Of a stretch of DNA of 53,926 nt, positions 8,619 to 19,093 are shown piece after piece. Origin of the DNA: a candidate division WOR-3 bacterium. Lineage in GTDB: Bacteria > Hydrothermota > Hydrothermia > LBFQ01. The stretch spans positions 1 to 53,926 of the forward strand of contig WFXS01000013.1 of the NCBI GenBank assembly GCA_015490465.1. The letters are read 5' to 3'. The first letter of the stretch is position 1. Each line of letters begins with the position of its first letter. The notes below the pieces were generated by a model. That model was given only the letters and a program-made list of their open reading frames with translations. It was not told the DNA's origin and did not search any database. Made by a program: the position numbers and the translations under genes.

Positions 8619-10349
8619 CTACCTGACTATTTTGCGAACTACTTTCCCACCGGATACTACGAAGTAGACGCCCCTACTTCCTCTAAACCCTTTCAGGTCT
8701 CCCCGGTATACGAGTCTGCCCGACGGGTCGTACACCTCCACTTCGCCGTAAGTGTAATCTATAGCCCCACTCTCATGTACCACCAGTTCACCGGATGAAC
8801 CCACCGGCAGGGGTACGGGAAGGTTCTCGGAGAATTCGGACGTGTTCCACAGGTTATCCCGGCTCAAGGCCGTGAGGTAGAGGGACCCCGACCCCCAGTC
8901 CGGGCCAAGGCTGTCCACCTTCAGGGATACGTTGAAGGAGTTGAGTACCACCGGGACCGCCGTAAGGAAGGTTCCCCCCTCTCCGTGGCCGTTGACCTCA
9001 CCCGGACAGTTCTCGCTATCAAGCGTAGAGACGACGTAGACCTCAACGCTGTCCGCTCCCGTGTAGGCCCTTCCCCATACGAGGAGGGTCGTATCTCCTG
9101 AAGATACGTAAAGCTTTGCCGAGTCCAGATAGGGGTAGTCTATAAGGACGTTGGGGTTGTTGGTCTGTCTCAGGCCGTCGTTACACGTTACTCCGTCTCC
9201 GGCCGATCCTGAGGCACCCGACGAGTCCAGATCTATGGCGAGGCCTCCGTTATCTGAGAAGTAGTTCCGGGTAATTAGGACGTTCGTGGATATACCCCTC
9301 TTTTCGCCCACACCCACACCCGGTCCGGGCAGGTTCCACCCGTTTCCGTATATGCGGTTGTAGGATATCTCCACGTAGTCGGACCCCCCGTCTACGAACA
9401 CGCCCTTGGTCCCGTTACCGTATACGGTATTCTCCGTGATAACGGTCGTATCGGCGTCGTAACGTACCTCTATGCCGGCGCCGAAGACCCTGATGTCGGA
9501 CCCTCCGGGGTTGTTGGACGAGTGGATGAGGTTGTGCCGCAGGGTAACGTTACTGAAATAGACGTTAACGTTGTCCCCCTGATCAAAGTACCACGCACTG
9601 GCGAAGATTTCTGAGGAGTCCATCACCCAGCCGGAAGATGTCGTGGCCGAAGTGTTTCCGAACTTGACGCCATGGGAACCGCAGAAGCCGACGTACAGAC
9701 GGGAGAGTTTTCCGGACGTCCCATCGTCCACGAAGACGCAGTCCGAACGGGACGAATCCACCGGTTCGCTACCGTCGGCCGGAAGACCCACGAACAGTTC
9801 CCTCAGGGTTACGTTATGGCTTCCCGGTTTTACGCGTATCACCTGACTCCCGGAGCTTCCTCCTCCGTTGAAGAAGGCTATGCCCCTTACGAGGACGTCG
9901 CTCGCGTTTATCTCAAGCATTCCAGATATACTTGAGTTCCCGTTCAGGTCTATCTCAACTTCGGGGCAGGGGAAGTACGGTAAGGTGGCTCCGAGTGTTC
10001 CGACGGTACGAGGGTACGAGTTCCGCACCCCCGTCCACCCGGCCGAATCCGGGGCCGCCCTGTAGGAAGTATGGCACAGGTTGGTGTTCCCACGGTTGGC
10101 CGTCTGGCTCCACCCGTCTATGAGGACGGGGTCGGTTATAATCGGAAGTTTTGAGGTAAGGGTTATCCTCCACCAGCAGTTTCCGGAGGAGCATACGTAT
10201 CCGGGGTCGGTGTCAGGGATGTTGAAGGTGATCGTATCGGGGCCGGGGGATGCGTTGGCCTGATCTATGGCCCATCTAAACGTTCCGGGGGAGCCATTGT
10301 CCCCCGTACTGACCACCTGATAGGTTGCGGATAAAAGGTACAAAAACAT
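8619..10349 (-). CDS. Secreted right-handed beta-helix protein with T9SS-like C-terminal domain
   Basis: 'DNGSPGTFRWAIDQANASPGPDTITFNIP' start, PbH1-type repeats, 'NTSEFS'; C-terminal YDPSGRLV...GVYFV. Confidence 0.8.
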   Translation of the reverse strand: MFLYLLSATYQVVSTGDNGSPGTFRWAIDQANASPGPDTITFNIPDTDPGYVCSSGNCWWRITLTSKLPIITDPVLIDGWSQTANRGNTNLCHTSYRAAPDSAGWTGVRNSYPRTVGTLGATLPYFPCPEVEIDLNGNSSISGMLEINASDVLVRGIAFFNGGGSSGSQVIRVKPGSHNVTLRELFVGLPADGSEPVDSSRSDCVFVDDGTSGKLSRLYVGFCGSHGVKFGNTSATTSSGWVMDSSEIFASAWYFDQGDNVNVYFSNVTLRHNLIHSSNNPGGSDIRVFGAGIEVRYDADTTVITENTVYGNGTKGVFVDGGSDYVEISYNRIYGNGWNLPGPGVGVGEKRGISTNVLITRNYFSDNGGLAIDLDSSGASGSAGDGVTCNDGLRQTNNPNVLIDYPYLDSAKLYVSSGDTTLLVWGRAYTGADSVEVYVVSTLDSENCPGEVNGHGEGGTFLTAVPVVLNSFNVSLKVDSLGPDWGSGSLYLTALSRDNLWNTSEFSENLPVPLPVGSSGELVVHESGAIDYTYGEVEVYDPSGRLVYRGDLKGFRGSRGVYFVVSGGKVVRKIVR

Positions 10350-10493
10350 TGACCTGTCTTTATTCTAAGGGTGCCTATCGGTTCGGTGTATGGAAGGGAA
10401 CTTTATGCGTATCCACTTTACCGACGTCAAACTGGCAAAATGTTCCGTTTACGTGGAGCGCTCCCCCTTTATCCGTTTAAAATAACGGCTTAC

Positions 10494-11267
10494 ATGTGGA
10501 GGATCAGGAGAGTACTGCTAAGCGCCCTCAGGTATTTGAAAATTCCCATGACCTTCAGGAACGTCTACGGGGCGAAGATGATGGTGATGGAAGGTATAGG
10601 AGAGGAGTATTTTTTGAGCAGAGAGGAGGTGGGAACGCTTGGTGTTTTGAACAGATTTTTGGGACGTGGGGACGTTTTCGTGGATGTGGGGGCGTACGTA
10701 GGTTTCTTCAGTATGTACGCCTCCCGGATAGTGGGCGAGGAAGGGAAGGTTCTCGCCTTTGAACCCAACCCGCTGGCCTACAGGGTTCTTTTGAAGAATC
10801 TCAAAATGAACTCTATAAAAAACGTGATTGCCCTGAACGTAGCGCTGGGGAGCAGGGAGGAGTACCGTTATCTCTCCATGAACGACAACAGGCCAGCGAG
10901 CGAGACCACGTTAATGGATACGGGTCGGAATGGAAAGAGGGTCCGCGTGAGGGTCAGGAGACTGGACGACGTGTTAAACGATCTGGGGATAGGGAATGTT
11001 CGTATGGTGAAGATAGACGTTGAAGGGTGGGAGAACGAGGTTCTGAAGGGAACGGTCAGAACGATTGAGAGGTCAAGGCCTATACTTGTAATAGAGAAGG
11101 GGCCGCTCTTTCTGGGCGGGTACATGTATCTGCTGGAAAGGGGATACAGCCCGTTCGTTCTCAAGGGTACCAAGCGAAGGGTGTCGGAGATGGTGCCGGT
11201 GGAGGAGTACGACAACGTTCCGCTCTATGACAACATCATCTTTTTACCGGAAGATGTGCGTCTATAG
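10494..11267 (+). CDS. FkbM-family SAM methyltransferase
   Basis: FVDVGAYVG, AFEP, KIDVEG motifs. Start moved from 10371 to ATG 10494, which lies 10 nt after TAAAAT (10478-10483). Confidence 0.88.
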   Translation: MWRIRRVLLSALRYLKIPMTFRNVYGAKMMVMEGIGEEYFLSREEVGTLGVLNRFLGRGDVFVDVGAYVGFFSMYASRIVGEEGKVLAFEPNPLAYRVLLKNLKMNSIKNVIALNVALGSREEYRYLSMNDNRPASETTLMDTGRNGKRVRVRVRRLDDVLNDLGIGNVRMVKIDVEGWENEVLKGTVRTIERSRPILVIEKGPLFLGGYMYLLERGYSPFVLKGTKRRVSEMVPVEEYDNVPLYDNIIFLPEDVRL

Positions 11268-11304
11268 CAGGTTGGCCCGTACTGAGACACAGGAAAACGA
11301 TATT

Positions 11305-11316
11305 AGCGCCCCCACC
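11305..11316. repeat. 12-bp direct repeat of the tRNA-Glu 3' end (att-like)
   Basis: AGCGCCCCCACC at 11305-11316 is identical to 11970-11981. Confidence 0.5.
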
Positions 11317-11391
11317 CCCTTCGGTTCGGGATCCTAAAACCTGAACGATAAGGGAGATGTGTGGGAGGGAGGGGGGAGAGCAAGAAAATCT

Positions 11392-11860
11392 GGTATTACG
11401 CTGATAGGGTGATTGGCTCATAGTGAATACGAAGGAGGTTATGAAGACCCTCGTTATGGTACTCATAGGCTTCGGGAAGAAAGTCTATCACCTCCTTTAG
11501 ACTCTCTTTATCCCGTTTTCGCTTCACTGCTACAAACCTGACCTTCAGAAACTCATTAACGTGTACTATCGCCGACCACATCTCGTCTATGCTTATCCTT
11601 ATTGCCCTCCGCAACCTTGAAAACAACATCATGAGCGTAACTATGTACCCTATAACTCATACCCTCTGCCCTCATCTTTAACGCTAACTTCAGATCCTCC
11701 TCCCACACTCCTTGCACAGATACGTCTGCCTCCCATCCGGCTTCTTACCGTTCTTCACCACTTCCCTTGACCCACACCACCTGCACACTACCCCATGTTC
11801 CCCCTTCTTCCTCCTTACCTTCTTATTGCCCTTTAGTCTTATCTTTTGCGAGGTTTCTGG
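11392..11860 (-). mobile_element. Degenerate IS1-family transposase remnant
   Basis: Three broken frames: InsA zinc ribbon CRWCGSREVVKNGKKPDGRQTYLCKECGRR* (stop 11690-11692), HTH start ALKMRAEGMSYR, and InsB-like IDEMWS...NEGLHNLLR (11396-11632). Confidence 0.75.
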
Positions 11861-11971
11861 CCAGACAACTCAGGGGGAGGGCGGAGGAGCGTCCCAACCC
11901 TTAGGGGCCGTAAGTCCTCACCCATAACGCCCTTGGGGGCGAGTTCCCCTCGGAGTACCAATTAAAAAAAG

Positions 11972-12046
11972 CGCCCCCACCGGGATTTGAACCCGGGTTT
12001 CGTGGCTGAGAACCACGCGTCCTGGACCTGGCTAGACGATGGGGGC
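11972..12046 (-). tRNA. tRNA-Glu (CTC)
   Basis: GCCCCCA/TGGGGGC acceptor stem, CGTGG-TT-CTC-AG-CCACG anticodon arm, GGTTCAAATCC T-loop; CCA not encoded; TATAAT at 12060-12065. Confidence 0.95.
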
Positions 12047-12092
12047 GCGTGAGGATGATATTATAAGGCTGAACTGAGGGGGAGGTAGGACC

Positions 12093-12413
12093 TCAATCTA
12101 TCACCTCCCCACACTTCTTACAGTACCTGACCTTGCGGCCGTCCTCAAGGAAACGGAAGCCGACGCGGGTGGGCTGGCCACATTTGGGGCATACGAGCAT
12201 GAGCTTGGAGACGTATATCGGGGCCGGTACCTCCTCAATCTGGGCTTCCTCCCTGCCGTGCTTCCTTCCCCTGTGCCTCTTAACGAGATTTACACCCTCA
12301 ACTATCGCCCTGTTCTTTCTGGGGAATAGCCTGGTTACTCTGCCCTGATGCCCCTTCCACTTACCGGAGAGGACTATTACCGTGTCTCCCCTCTTTATCT
12401 TGAAGGCCATCAC
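12093..12413 (-). CDS. rplX: 50S ribosomal protein L24
   Basis: [20 protein letters not shown] motif, [10 protein letters not shown], two CxxC. Confidence 0.97.
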   Translation of the reverse strand: MMAFKIKRGDTVIVLSGKWKGHQGRVTRLFPRKNRAIVEGVNLVKRHRGRKHGREEAQIEEVPAPIYVSKLMLVCPKCGQPTRVGFRFLEDGRKVRYCKKCGEVID

Positions 12414-12796
12414 AGCACCTCCGGTGCGAGGGATACTATCTTCAGAAAGCCCTTGTCGCGGAGTTCACGGGCCACGGGTCCGAAGACGCGGGTACCCTTC
12501 GGCTCTCCGGCCTGGTTTATGAGGACGACGGCGTTGTCACCGAAGCGGATGTAGGAGCCGTCCCTGCGGCGGATCTCCTTCTTGGTGCGAACTATTACGG
12601 CCTTGTGGACCTCCCCCTTCTTGGCGGAGGCGTTGGGTATGGCCCTCTTTATGGAGACCACCACCACGTCGCCCACGTTGGCGGCCACCCTTCCCCCTCT
12701 ACGTCCACTCCCTTTAAGGACCTTGATTATAAAAGCCTCTTTCGCTCCGGTATTGTCCGCCACGGTAACGTAGGAAAGCTCAGGAAGATTCCTCAT
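12410..12796 (-). CDS. rplN: 50S ribosomal protein L14
   Basis: [38 protein letters not shown]. Confidence 0.98.
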   Translation of the reverse strand: MRNLPELSYVTVADNTGAKEAFIIKVLKGSGRRGGRVAANVGDVVVVSIKRAIPNASAKKGEVHKAVIVRTKKEIRRRDGSYIRFGDNAVVLINQAGEPKGTRVFGPVARELRDKGFLKIVSLAPEVL

Positions 12797-13094
12797 TTCC
12801 CAGTACCTCCTTTGCTATCTCCTCAAGTACCGGCGCTTTGCGGAGGATCTTTACGAGCCTCCACCTCTTGAGCCTTGAGAGGGGACGGGTCTCCATGACC
12901 TCAACGAGGTCCCCCACGTGGCTCTCGTTGTTCTCGTCGTGTACGTAGATCTTCTTACGCACCTTTATGTATTTTCTGTACTTGGGATGCATCTTCATAC
13001 GGTAAACGGCCACCACGCGGGTTTTGTTCATCTTATCGCTAACTACCACACCGCGCAGCACCTTTCTCCTCCCCCTGTGTCCCTGATTGCTCAT
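12780..13094 (-). CDS. rpsQ: 30S ribosomal protein S17
   Basis: [31 protein letters not shown]. Confidence 0.98.
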   Translation of the reverse strand: MSNQGHRGRRKVLRGVVVSDKMNKTRVVAVYRMKMHPKYRKYIKVRKKIYVHDENNESHVGDLVEVMETRPLSRLKRWRLVKILRKAPVLEEIAKEVLGNEESS

Positions 13095-13294
13095 AGCTTT
13101 ACCCCCTTCTCTCTGAGTACGGTCAGTACTCTCGCTATCTCCCTGCGGTAGTACCTTACTAAGTTGCGATCCTCAAGCTGTCCGAGGGCCTTCTTGAAGC
13201 GGGCGTCCCGTAGCTGGGCGCGGAGTACCCGGAGCCTCGCCTGAAGTTCATCTACGCTCATAGCCCTTAGGTCTTTGGCCTTCGTGGGCTTCAT
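13091..13294 (-). CDS. rpmC: 50S ribosomal protein L29
   Basis: KAKDLR...GQLE...RREIARVLTVLRE; position in the S10 operon. Confidence 0.95.
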   Translation of the reverse strand: MKPTKAKDLRAMSVDELQARLRVLRAQLRDARFKKALGQLEDRNLVRYYRREIARVLTVLREKGVKL

Positions 13295-13710
13295 CTCCCC
13301 ACCTCCTTGGTTGAGACTATCTTGGTGCGGACGGGGAGTTTGGAGGCGGCGGTTTTAAGGGCTTTAATGGCGTCCTCCTCCTTCGCCCCGGCCACTTCAA
13401 AGAGGATGGTGCCGGGCTTTACGACGGCGTACCATGCGTGGACGTCCCCCTTACCGCCTCCCATACGGACCTCTGCGGGCTTCTTGGTGTAGGGCCTGTG
13501 GGGGAAGATGCGGATCCATAGGCGGGCCTTCTTGCCGACGGCGCGGACTATGGCCACACGGGCGGCCTCTATCTGGCGGGCGAATATACGACCCCGATCC
13601 ATACTCTTGAGGGCGTACTCCCCGTACTCTATGCGGTTACCGGAGGTGGCCACGCCCTTGAGTTTGGCCCTGTGCTGCTTCCTCCACTTTACCCGGCGGG
13701 GCTGCATCAT
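13291..13710 (-). CDS. rplP: 50S ribosomal protein L16
   Basis: QPRRVKWRKQHR, QIEAARVA, WIRIFP, RMGGGKG. Confidence 0.98.
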   Translation of the reverse strand: MMQPRRVKWRKQHRAKLKGVATSGNRIEYGEYALKSMDRGRIFARQIEAARVAIVRAVGKKARLWIRIFPHRPYTKKPAEVRMGGGKGDVHAWYAVVKPGTILFEVAGAKEEDAIKALKTAASKLPVRTKIVSTKEVGR

Positions 13711-14381
13711 GATTTGACCTCCTTCTTACCTCTCAGTATGTCACCCTTGTATATCCAGACCTTCACGCCTATGGTTCCCCACTTGGTGAAGGCGGTATCG
13801 TACCCGTAGTCTATGTTGGCCCTGAGGGTCTGCAGGGGTACCCTCCCCTTGATGTACCACTCCTTGCGGGCTATCTCGGCCCCGCCTATACGTCCCTTCA
13901 CCTGTACCCTTATCCCTTTGGCGCCCATCCTCATGGCGGAGTAGACCGCCCTCTTCATCAGGCGGCGATGGTAAACACGCTGCTCAAGGCGGCGGGCTAT
14001 GTTGTACGCCACGAGCTGGGCATCAAGTTCGGGGTGGGTTATCTCCTGATGCTCAACGAATATCCTCTTCTCCGGGCCCCCGAAGGTCCTGTTCAGGGCT
14101 TCCCGGAGTCCCTCTATGTTCTTCCCGCCCTTACCGATTATCACACCCGGACGGGCGGTGTGTATGGTGACGTGGACGTTCAGACCCACCCGGTTGATGG
14201 TCACCCGCGAGATCTGGGGGTCGTTGGGTAGACGGCTGTAATAGTCAACGATGAACTTACGTATCTGGTAGTCCTCAAGGAGGTTCTGGACGTACTCCTG
14301 CTTTGTATCGGCGTACCAGATTGACTGCCAGGGTCTGAAGTACCCCGTCCTGAGTCCGATAGGATTGGCTTTCTGACCCAT
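13707..14381 (-). CDS. rpsC: 30S ribosomal protein S3
   Basis: [44 protein letters not shown]. Confidence 0.98.
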   Translation of the reverse strand: MGQKANPIGLRTGYFRPWQSIWYADTKQEYVQNLLEDYQIRKFIVDYYSRLPNDPQISRVTINRVGLNVHVTIHTARPGVIIGKGGKNIEGLREALNRTFGGPEKRIFVEHQEITHPELDAQLVAYNIARRLEQRVYHRRLMKRAVYSAMRMGAKGIRVQVKGRIGGAEIARKEWYIKGRVPLQTLRANIDYGYDTAFTKWGTIGVKVWIYKGDILRGKKEVKS

Positions 14382-14809
14382 TACTTACCCTCCTTTTTGC
14401 TATCGGGCAGGACGACTACCGTTATATGCGATGTCCTGCGCCTGAATATACCGTTGCCTCCAAAGCGGGCGGGTTTCACTGCGGGCTTCGGTATCTTCCA
14501 CATCGGGCCCCTATCCACCTTGACTATGGCGATCCTCAGGTGGGGGTAGAGGTCGTCCACGCTCCTCTCCGGGGCGAACTTATCCCTGTAGGAGGCGACG
14601 GCCGCCCGGAGGACCTTACGCATTATACGGGCGCCCTTCTTAGGTGTGAACTGCAGGACGTAGTCGGCCTCCTGGACGTTCATTCCCTTTACGAGGTCGG
14701 CGATGAGCTTCATCTTCTTGGGGGAAATACGGGCCCTCCTGAGGGTGGAGTACCCACCCACGGCCTTCCACTCCCTCTTCGTAAGCTGTCCAAAGGGTTT
14801 AACCTTCAT
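14381..14809 (-). CDS. rplV: 50S ribosomal protein L22 (divergent loop)
   Basis: [21 protein letters not shown]...RTSHITVVV; position between rpsS and rpsC. Confidence 0.93.
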   Translation of the reverse strand: MKVKPFGQLTKREWKAVGGYSTLRRARISPKKMKLIADLVKGMNVQEADYVLQFTPKKGARIMRKVLRAAVASYRDKFAPERSVDDLYPHLRIAIVKVDRGPMWKIPKPAVKPARFGGNGIFRRRTSHITVVVLPDSKKEGK

Positions 14810-15090
14810 TTCCTACCCGCCTTCTTGCCCTCTTTGTCCTTATGCCCTCCGAACTTGCGCGTGGGGGCGAACTCTCCGAGGCGATGTCCCACCATCTCCT
14901 GCGTGACGTAGACGGGTATGAAGGTCTTGCCGTTGTGGACGAGGAAGGTCAGGCCTATGAACTCCGGCAGGATCATAGACGCCCTGGACCACGTCTTTAT
15001 GGGGGTCTTGTCCCCCTTCTCCAGAGCCTTACGCACCTTCTTAAGCAGCTTCGGATGTACGTACGGCCCCTTCTTCAGGCTTCTGGCCAT
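14806..15090 (-). CDS. rpsS: 30S ribosomal protein S19
   Basis: [29 protein letters not shown]. Confidence 0.99.
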   Translation of the reverse strand: MARSLKKGPYVHPKLLKKVRKALEKGDKTPIKTWSRASMILPEFIGLTFLVHNGKTFIPVYVTQEMVGHRLGEFAPTRKFGGHKDKEGKKAGRK

Positions 15091-15094
15091 ATCT

Positions 15095-15943
15095 TCACTC
15101 CTTTGATCCGTATCCTATCCTCCGACGCTTGACGATGAAGGTGTCGGAGGGCTTCCTCTTTCTGCGCGTCTTAACGCCGCGGGCTATCTTACCCCAGGGC
15201 GTCTTCGGTATCTTACCTTTGGTGCGACCCTCACCGCCTCCGTGGGGATGATCCACGGGGTTCATGGCGACGCCCCTGACGGCGGGACGGCGTCCGAGCC
15301 AGCGGTTTCTGCCAGCCTTACCGAGGGTGACGTTCTCGTGATCCACGTTGGAGACCTGCCCGACGGTGGCGTAACAGTTGTGATGGAACTTCCGGATCTC
15401 CTTTGAGGGGAGCTGGACGTATATCCAGTTCTCGTCCTTTGACATTATGGTGGCGTAGGTCCCGGCGGCCCTTACCAGCTGGCCGCCCTTACCGGGTATC
15501 ATCTCAAGGTTGTGGATGGGCGTTCCCTCCGGTATCTTTTCAAGGGGCAGGGCGTTACCCACCTTTATGGGAGCGTCCGGACCGGCCACCACCTCGTCCC
15601 CCACCTTCAGGCCCTCGGGCGCTATTATGTACCGCTTCTCCCCGTCCCTGTAGGCTATGAGGGCTATGAAGGCCGTCCTGTTGGGGTCGTACTCTATGGA
15701 CTTAACGACTCCCGGGACACCGACCTTGTCGTGGCGCACAAAGTCTATTATGCGGTACTTCCTCTTGTTACCACCGCCCCTGTGGCGTACGGTTATCCTC
15801 CCCTGATTGTTCCTCCCGGCCTTCTGCTTCTTGGGTTTGGTCAGGGACTTCTCCGGCTCCTCCTTGGTTACGTAAGCGGAGTAGTCCACAACACTCATCC
15901 ATCTGCGGCCGGGAGTGTAGGGTTTGTACTTCTTTATCGGCAT
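15095..15943 (-). CDS. rplB: 50S ribosomal protein L2
   Basis: [41 protein letters not shown]. Confidence 0.99.
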   Translation of the reverse strand: MPIKKYKPYTPGRRWMSVVDYSAYVTKEEPEKSLTKPKKQKAGRNNQGRITVRHRGGGNKRKYRIIDFVRHDKVGVPGVVKSIEYDPNRTAFIALIAYRDGEKRYIIAPEGLKVGDEVVAGPDAPIKVGNALPLEKIPEGTPIHNLEMIPGKGGQLVRAAGTYATIMSKDENWIYVQLPSKEIRKFHHNCYATVGQVSNVDHENVTLGKAGRNRWLGRRPAVRGVAMNPVDHPHGGGEGRTKGKIPKTPWGKIARGVKTRRKRKPSDTFIVKRRRIGYGSKE

Positions 15944-15944
15944 A

Positions 15945-16241
15945 TCACACCCCCAGGTCTATCTTATGGCCCTCAGCGAGGGTCACTATGGCCTTCTTGT
16001 ACTTACTCGTACGTCCCACGATACGGCGGCGACGGAGATCCCTGCGGGGCTTCGGCTTGTAGTTCATGGTGTTGACCTTTATAACCTTGACGCCGAAGAT
16101 CCTCTCAACGGCCTCCTTTATCTGGTGCTTGTTGGCGTCGGGATGTACTATGAAGGTGTACTTGTTGTACTTATCTCGCAGGTTCAGAGCTTTCTCCGTA
16201 AGTACGGGTCTTATAAGAACTTCCTCGTGGGAAAGTTTCAT
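15945..16241 (-). CDS. rplW: 50S ribosomal protein L23
   Basis: [26 protein letters not shown]. Confidence 0.97.
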   Translation of the reverse strand: MKLSHEEVLIRPVLTEKALNLRDKYNKYTFIVHPDANKHQIKEAVERIFGVKVIKVNTMNYKPKPRRDLRRRRIVGRTSKYKKAIVTLAEGHKIDLGV

Positions 16242-16861
16242 GATAACCTCTCCTTCAGCTTTTCTATTGCCCCATCCTCCGCGACCACGTAGTCGGACCA
16301 GAGGACGAAGTACGTGTTTAGCTGGTCGGCGTGCAGGACGTGGACGTCGGGGATGTTGCGGGCGGAGAGGTAGAAAACGCGGTTGTAGTCCTTCGGTACG
16401 AAGAGGACGTTCTTTCCAACCAGGCCCACGCTCTTGAGGAAGTTGTAGACGGTTTTGGTTTTGGGTTGATCCAGAGCCATGTTTTCAATCAGAAGGATGC
16501 GACCGTTCTGCGCCCTGTCGGCGAGGGCCATACGGAGGGCGAGCCTCTTCGCTTTTTTGGGCATCTTTATGTAGTACTCCTTCGGACGGGGGCCGTGGGC
16601 CTTTCCTCCTCCCACGAATATGGGGGCGTACCTGTCCCCGTGCCTGGCCCTACCCATGTGTTTCTGGGGCCAGATCTTCCTGCGGGAACCTTTTACCTCA
16701 CCGCGGGTTTTGGCGTGATGGGTCCCCTGCCTCTGGTTGTAGAGGTAAACCCTGACGGCCTCCCATAGAAGGTGTCTGTTGGGTTTTATTCCAAGGAAGT
16801 CTGCCGGGAGGTCCCGCTCGCCCTTCTTCTCACCCGTGATGCTGTAGATCGGGGCCTTCAT
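16238..16861 (-). CDS. rplD: 50S ribosomal protein L4
   Basis: RQGTHHAKTRGEV, QKHMGRARHG, GGGKAHGPRP, SARNIP. Confidence 0.97.
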   Translation of the reverse strand: MKAPIYSITGEKKGERDLPADFLGIKPNRHLLWEAVRVYLYNQRQGTHHAKTRGEVKGSRRKIWPQKHMGRARHGDRYAPIFVGGGKAHGPRPKEYYIKMPKKAKRLALRMALADRAQNGRILLIENMALDQPKTKTVYNFLKSVGLVGKNVLFVPKDYNRVFYLSARNIPDVHVLHADQLNTYFVLWSDYVVAEDGAIEKLKERLS

Positions 16862-17526
16862 CTCTTATCACCTCCGTACTTGTAAACTGCCGGCCTGACG
16901 AACACGTAGGCGCCCCTGTGTCCCGGAACACCGCCCTTGACGAGGAGGAGGTTGTCCTCAGGGTATATCCGTACGAGCTGCAGGTTCAGGATGGTGACGG
17001 TCTCGTTCCCGTAATGGCCGGCCATCTTCTTACCTTTCCATACCCTTCCGGGGAAGGTGTGCTGTCCTATAGATCCCGGTCTCCTGTGAAACTTGGAGCC
17101 GTGGGCGGCTGGGCCTCCCGAAAAGTCCCACCTCTTCATTACTCCAGTGAAGCCCCTGCCCTTGGTCTTGCCCTGCACGTCCACCACCTCTATGCCTTCA
17201 AACAGGGCGGCTCCGAGGGAGGAGCCTACCGGATACTTGTCCAGTTCGTCCGTTTTGAACTCGTAAAATTTAGTAGGATACTTTTCTTTATCGCCCAGCG
17301 CCCCCTTCACGAATCCGAGTACGGGCTTTTTGACCTTGTGGACGGGCTTGAAGTCGTAGCCGACTATTACGGCGTTGTACCCGTCCTTTTCGGCCGTCCT
17401 ATGGCCAACGACGACGTTCTCCGGGATCTGGAGGACGGTGACGGGTACGGGGATGCCGAAAGGCTCGTGTTCCGGTTTTACGTACACCTGCGTCATCCCC
17501 ACCTTTCTGGCTATCAGTTTAAGCAT
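16858..17526 (-). CDS. rplC: 50S ribosomal protein L3
   Basis: KVGMTQ, KGRGFTGVMKRW, HRRPGSIG, KGKKMAGHYG. Confidence 0.98.
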   Translation of the reverse strand: MLKLIARKVGMTQVYVKPEHEPFGIPVPVTVLQIPENVVVGHRTAEKDGYNAVIVGYDFKPVHKVKKPVLGFVKGALGDKEKYPTKFYEFKTDELDKYPVGSSLGAALFEGIEVVDVQGKTKGRGFTGVMKRWDFSGGPAAHGSKFHRRPGSIGQHTFPGRVWKGKKMAGHYGNETVTILNLQLVRIYPEDNLLLVKGGVPGHRGAYVFVRPAVYKYGGDKR

Positions 17527-17530
17527 GGCT

Positions 17531-17845
17531 CTACTCCGTGATTATCTTTACCTTTATGTCCACGCCCGGAGGGAGGTCTATCTGGGATATCTTCTCTATG
17601 GTCTCCGGGGTGGCGTCCCTTATCTCTATAAGGCGAGCGTGCTTCTTGAGCCAGAAGTGTTCCTGTCCCCTCTTGTCAATGTGCGGGCCTCGTATAACGG
17701 CGAACAGCGACTTCTTGGTCGGAAGGGGGATGGGTCCGGCCACCCTCGCACCGGTGGCCTTAGCCGTAAAAACGATCTCCCGGGCCGTCCTGTCAAGGAC
17801 GGCCGGGTCAAAACTCTTAAGCTTCAGGCGGATCTTGTCCATCAC
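17531..17845 (-). CDS. rpsJ: 30S ribosomal protein S10
   Basis: [25 protein letters not shown]. Confidence 0.97.
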   Translation of the reverse strand: MMDKIRLKLKSFDPAVLDRTAREIVFTAKATGARVAGPIPLPTKKSLFAVIRGPHIDKRGQEHFWLKKHARLIEIRDATPETIEKISQIDLPPGVDIKVKIITE

Positions 17846-19062
17846 TCAAGGATCTCGGTGATTACCCCGGCGCCCACCGTACGGCCACCCTCACGGATGG
17901 CGAACCGCAGTCCCTTCTCTATGGCCACGGGGTAGATGAGCTCCACGTCCATGGTCACGTTGTCGCCGGGCATGGCCATCTCACGGTCCTTTTCAGCGAA
18001 CTTGATGGTGCCGGTCACGTCGGTGGTACGGAAGTAGAACTGGGGCCTGTAGCCGTTGAAGAAGGGTGTGGAACGACCGCCCTCTTCCTTCTTGAGGATG
18101 TACACCTCGGCCCTGAACTTCTTGTGGGCCTTGATGGAGCCGGGCTTGGCAAGGACCATGCCCCTCTCCACCTCGTCCTTGCCCACACCACGGAGCAGGG
18201 CGCCGATGTTGTCTCCGGGGATGGCCTCGTCAAGGATACGACGGAACATCTCTATGGACGTGACCACGGTCTTGAGGGGCCTCTCCCTGAAGCCCACGAT
18301 CTCCACCTCATCACCGGGACGCAGAACGCCACGCTCCACCCTGCCGGTGACGACCGTACCACGACCGGTGATGGAGAAGACGTCCTCCACGGCCATGAGG
18401 AAGGGCTTGTCTATCTCCCTCTTCGGTTCGGGGATGTACTCGTCAAGGGCCTCAACGAGCTTCAGTATGGCCCCGGCACCTATCTCGTCGTCAAAGTCGC
18501 CGGGATTCTGGAGGGCCCTCAGGGCGGAACCCTTTATAACGGGTACCTCGTCGCCGGGATAACCGTACTCGTTGAGAAGGTCCCTGACCTCCATCTCCAC
18601 CAGCTCAAGGAGATCGGGGTCGTCCACGAGGTCCACCTTGTTGATGAAGACGACTATGGCCGGAACACCGACCTGACGGGCCAACAGGACATGCTCACGG
18701 GTCTGGGGCATCACGGAGTCCACGGCGGAGACCACCAGTATGGCACCGTCCATCTGGGCGGCACCGGTGATCATGTTCTTGATGTAGTCGGCGTGGCCGG
18801 GACAGTCTATGTGGGCGTAGTGATACTTGTCGGACTCGTACTCAACGTGGGCCACGTTGATCGTCAGGATCTTGGTCTCGTCCTTACGGGCGATCTTGGC
18901 GTCGGCCTTGGCTACCTCGTCGTAGGACTTGAACTCCGCCTGTCCCTTCTGCGCCAGCACGGCCGTTATGGCGGCCGTCAGCGTCGTCTTACCGTGGTCT
19001 ATGTGACCGATGGTACCCACGTTCTTGTGGGGCTTCGTACGCTCAAACTTGGGCTTTGCCAT
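17842..19062 (-). CDS. tuf: Elongation factor Tu
   Basis: [44 protein letters not shown]; strong SD AAGGAGGT upstream. Confidence 0.99.
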   Translation of the reverse strand: MAKPKFERTKPHKNVGTIGHIDHGKTTLTAAITAVLAQKGQAEFKSYDEVAKADAKIARKDETKILTINVAHVEYESDKYHYAHIDCPGHADYIKNMITGAAQMDGAILVVSAVDSVMPQTREHVLLARQVGVPAIVVFINKVDLVDDPDLLELVEMEVRDLLNEYGYPGDEVPVIKGSALRALQNPGDFDDEIGAGAILKLVEALDEYIPEPKREIDKPFLMAVEDVFSITGRGTVVTGRVERGVLRPGDEVEIVGFRERPLKTVVTSIEMFRRILDEAIPGDNIGALLRGVGKDEVERGMVLAKPGSIKAHKKFRAEVYILKKEEGGRSTPFFNGYRPQFYFRTTDVTGTIKFAEKDREMAMPGDNVTMDVELIYPVAIEKGLRFAIREGGRTVGAGVITEILE

Positions 19063-19093
19063 CGCTCTTTACCTCCTTTTTTTCTCCTTTACT

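Noticed and set aside
10371-10493. Longer N-termini from the ORF track for FkbM (10371), nuoA (43911) and the SDR (48175)
   Set aside because: Extensions are non-homologous-looking and contain the -10 box that precedes the downstream ATG.
357-11872. Shared 10-mer TGAGTTGTCT (357-366) / AGACAACTCA (11863-11872) near both IS remnants as composite-transposon ends
   Set aside because: Only 10 bp, the two IS families differ, and the enclosed DNA is housekeeping; chance cannot be excluded.
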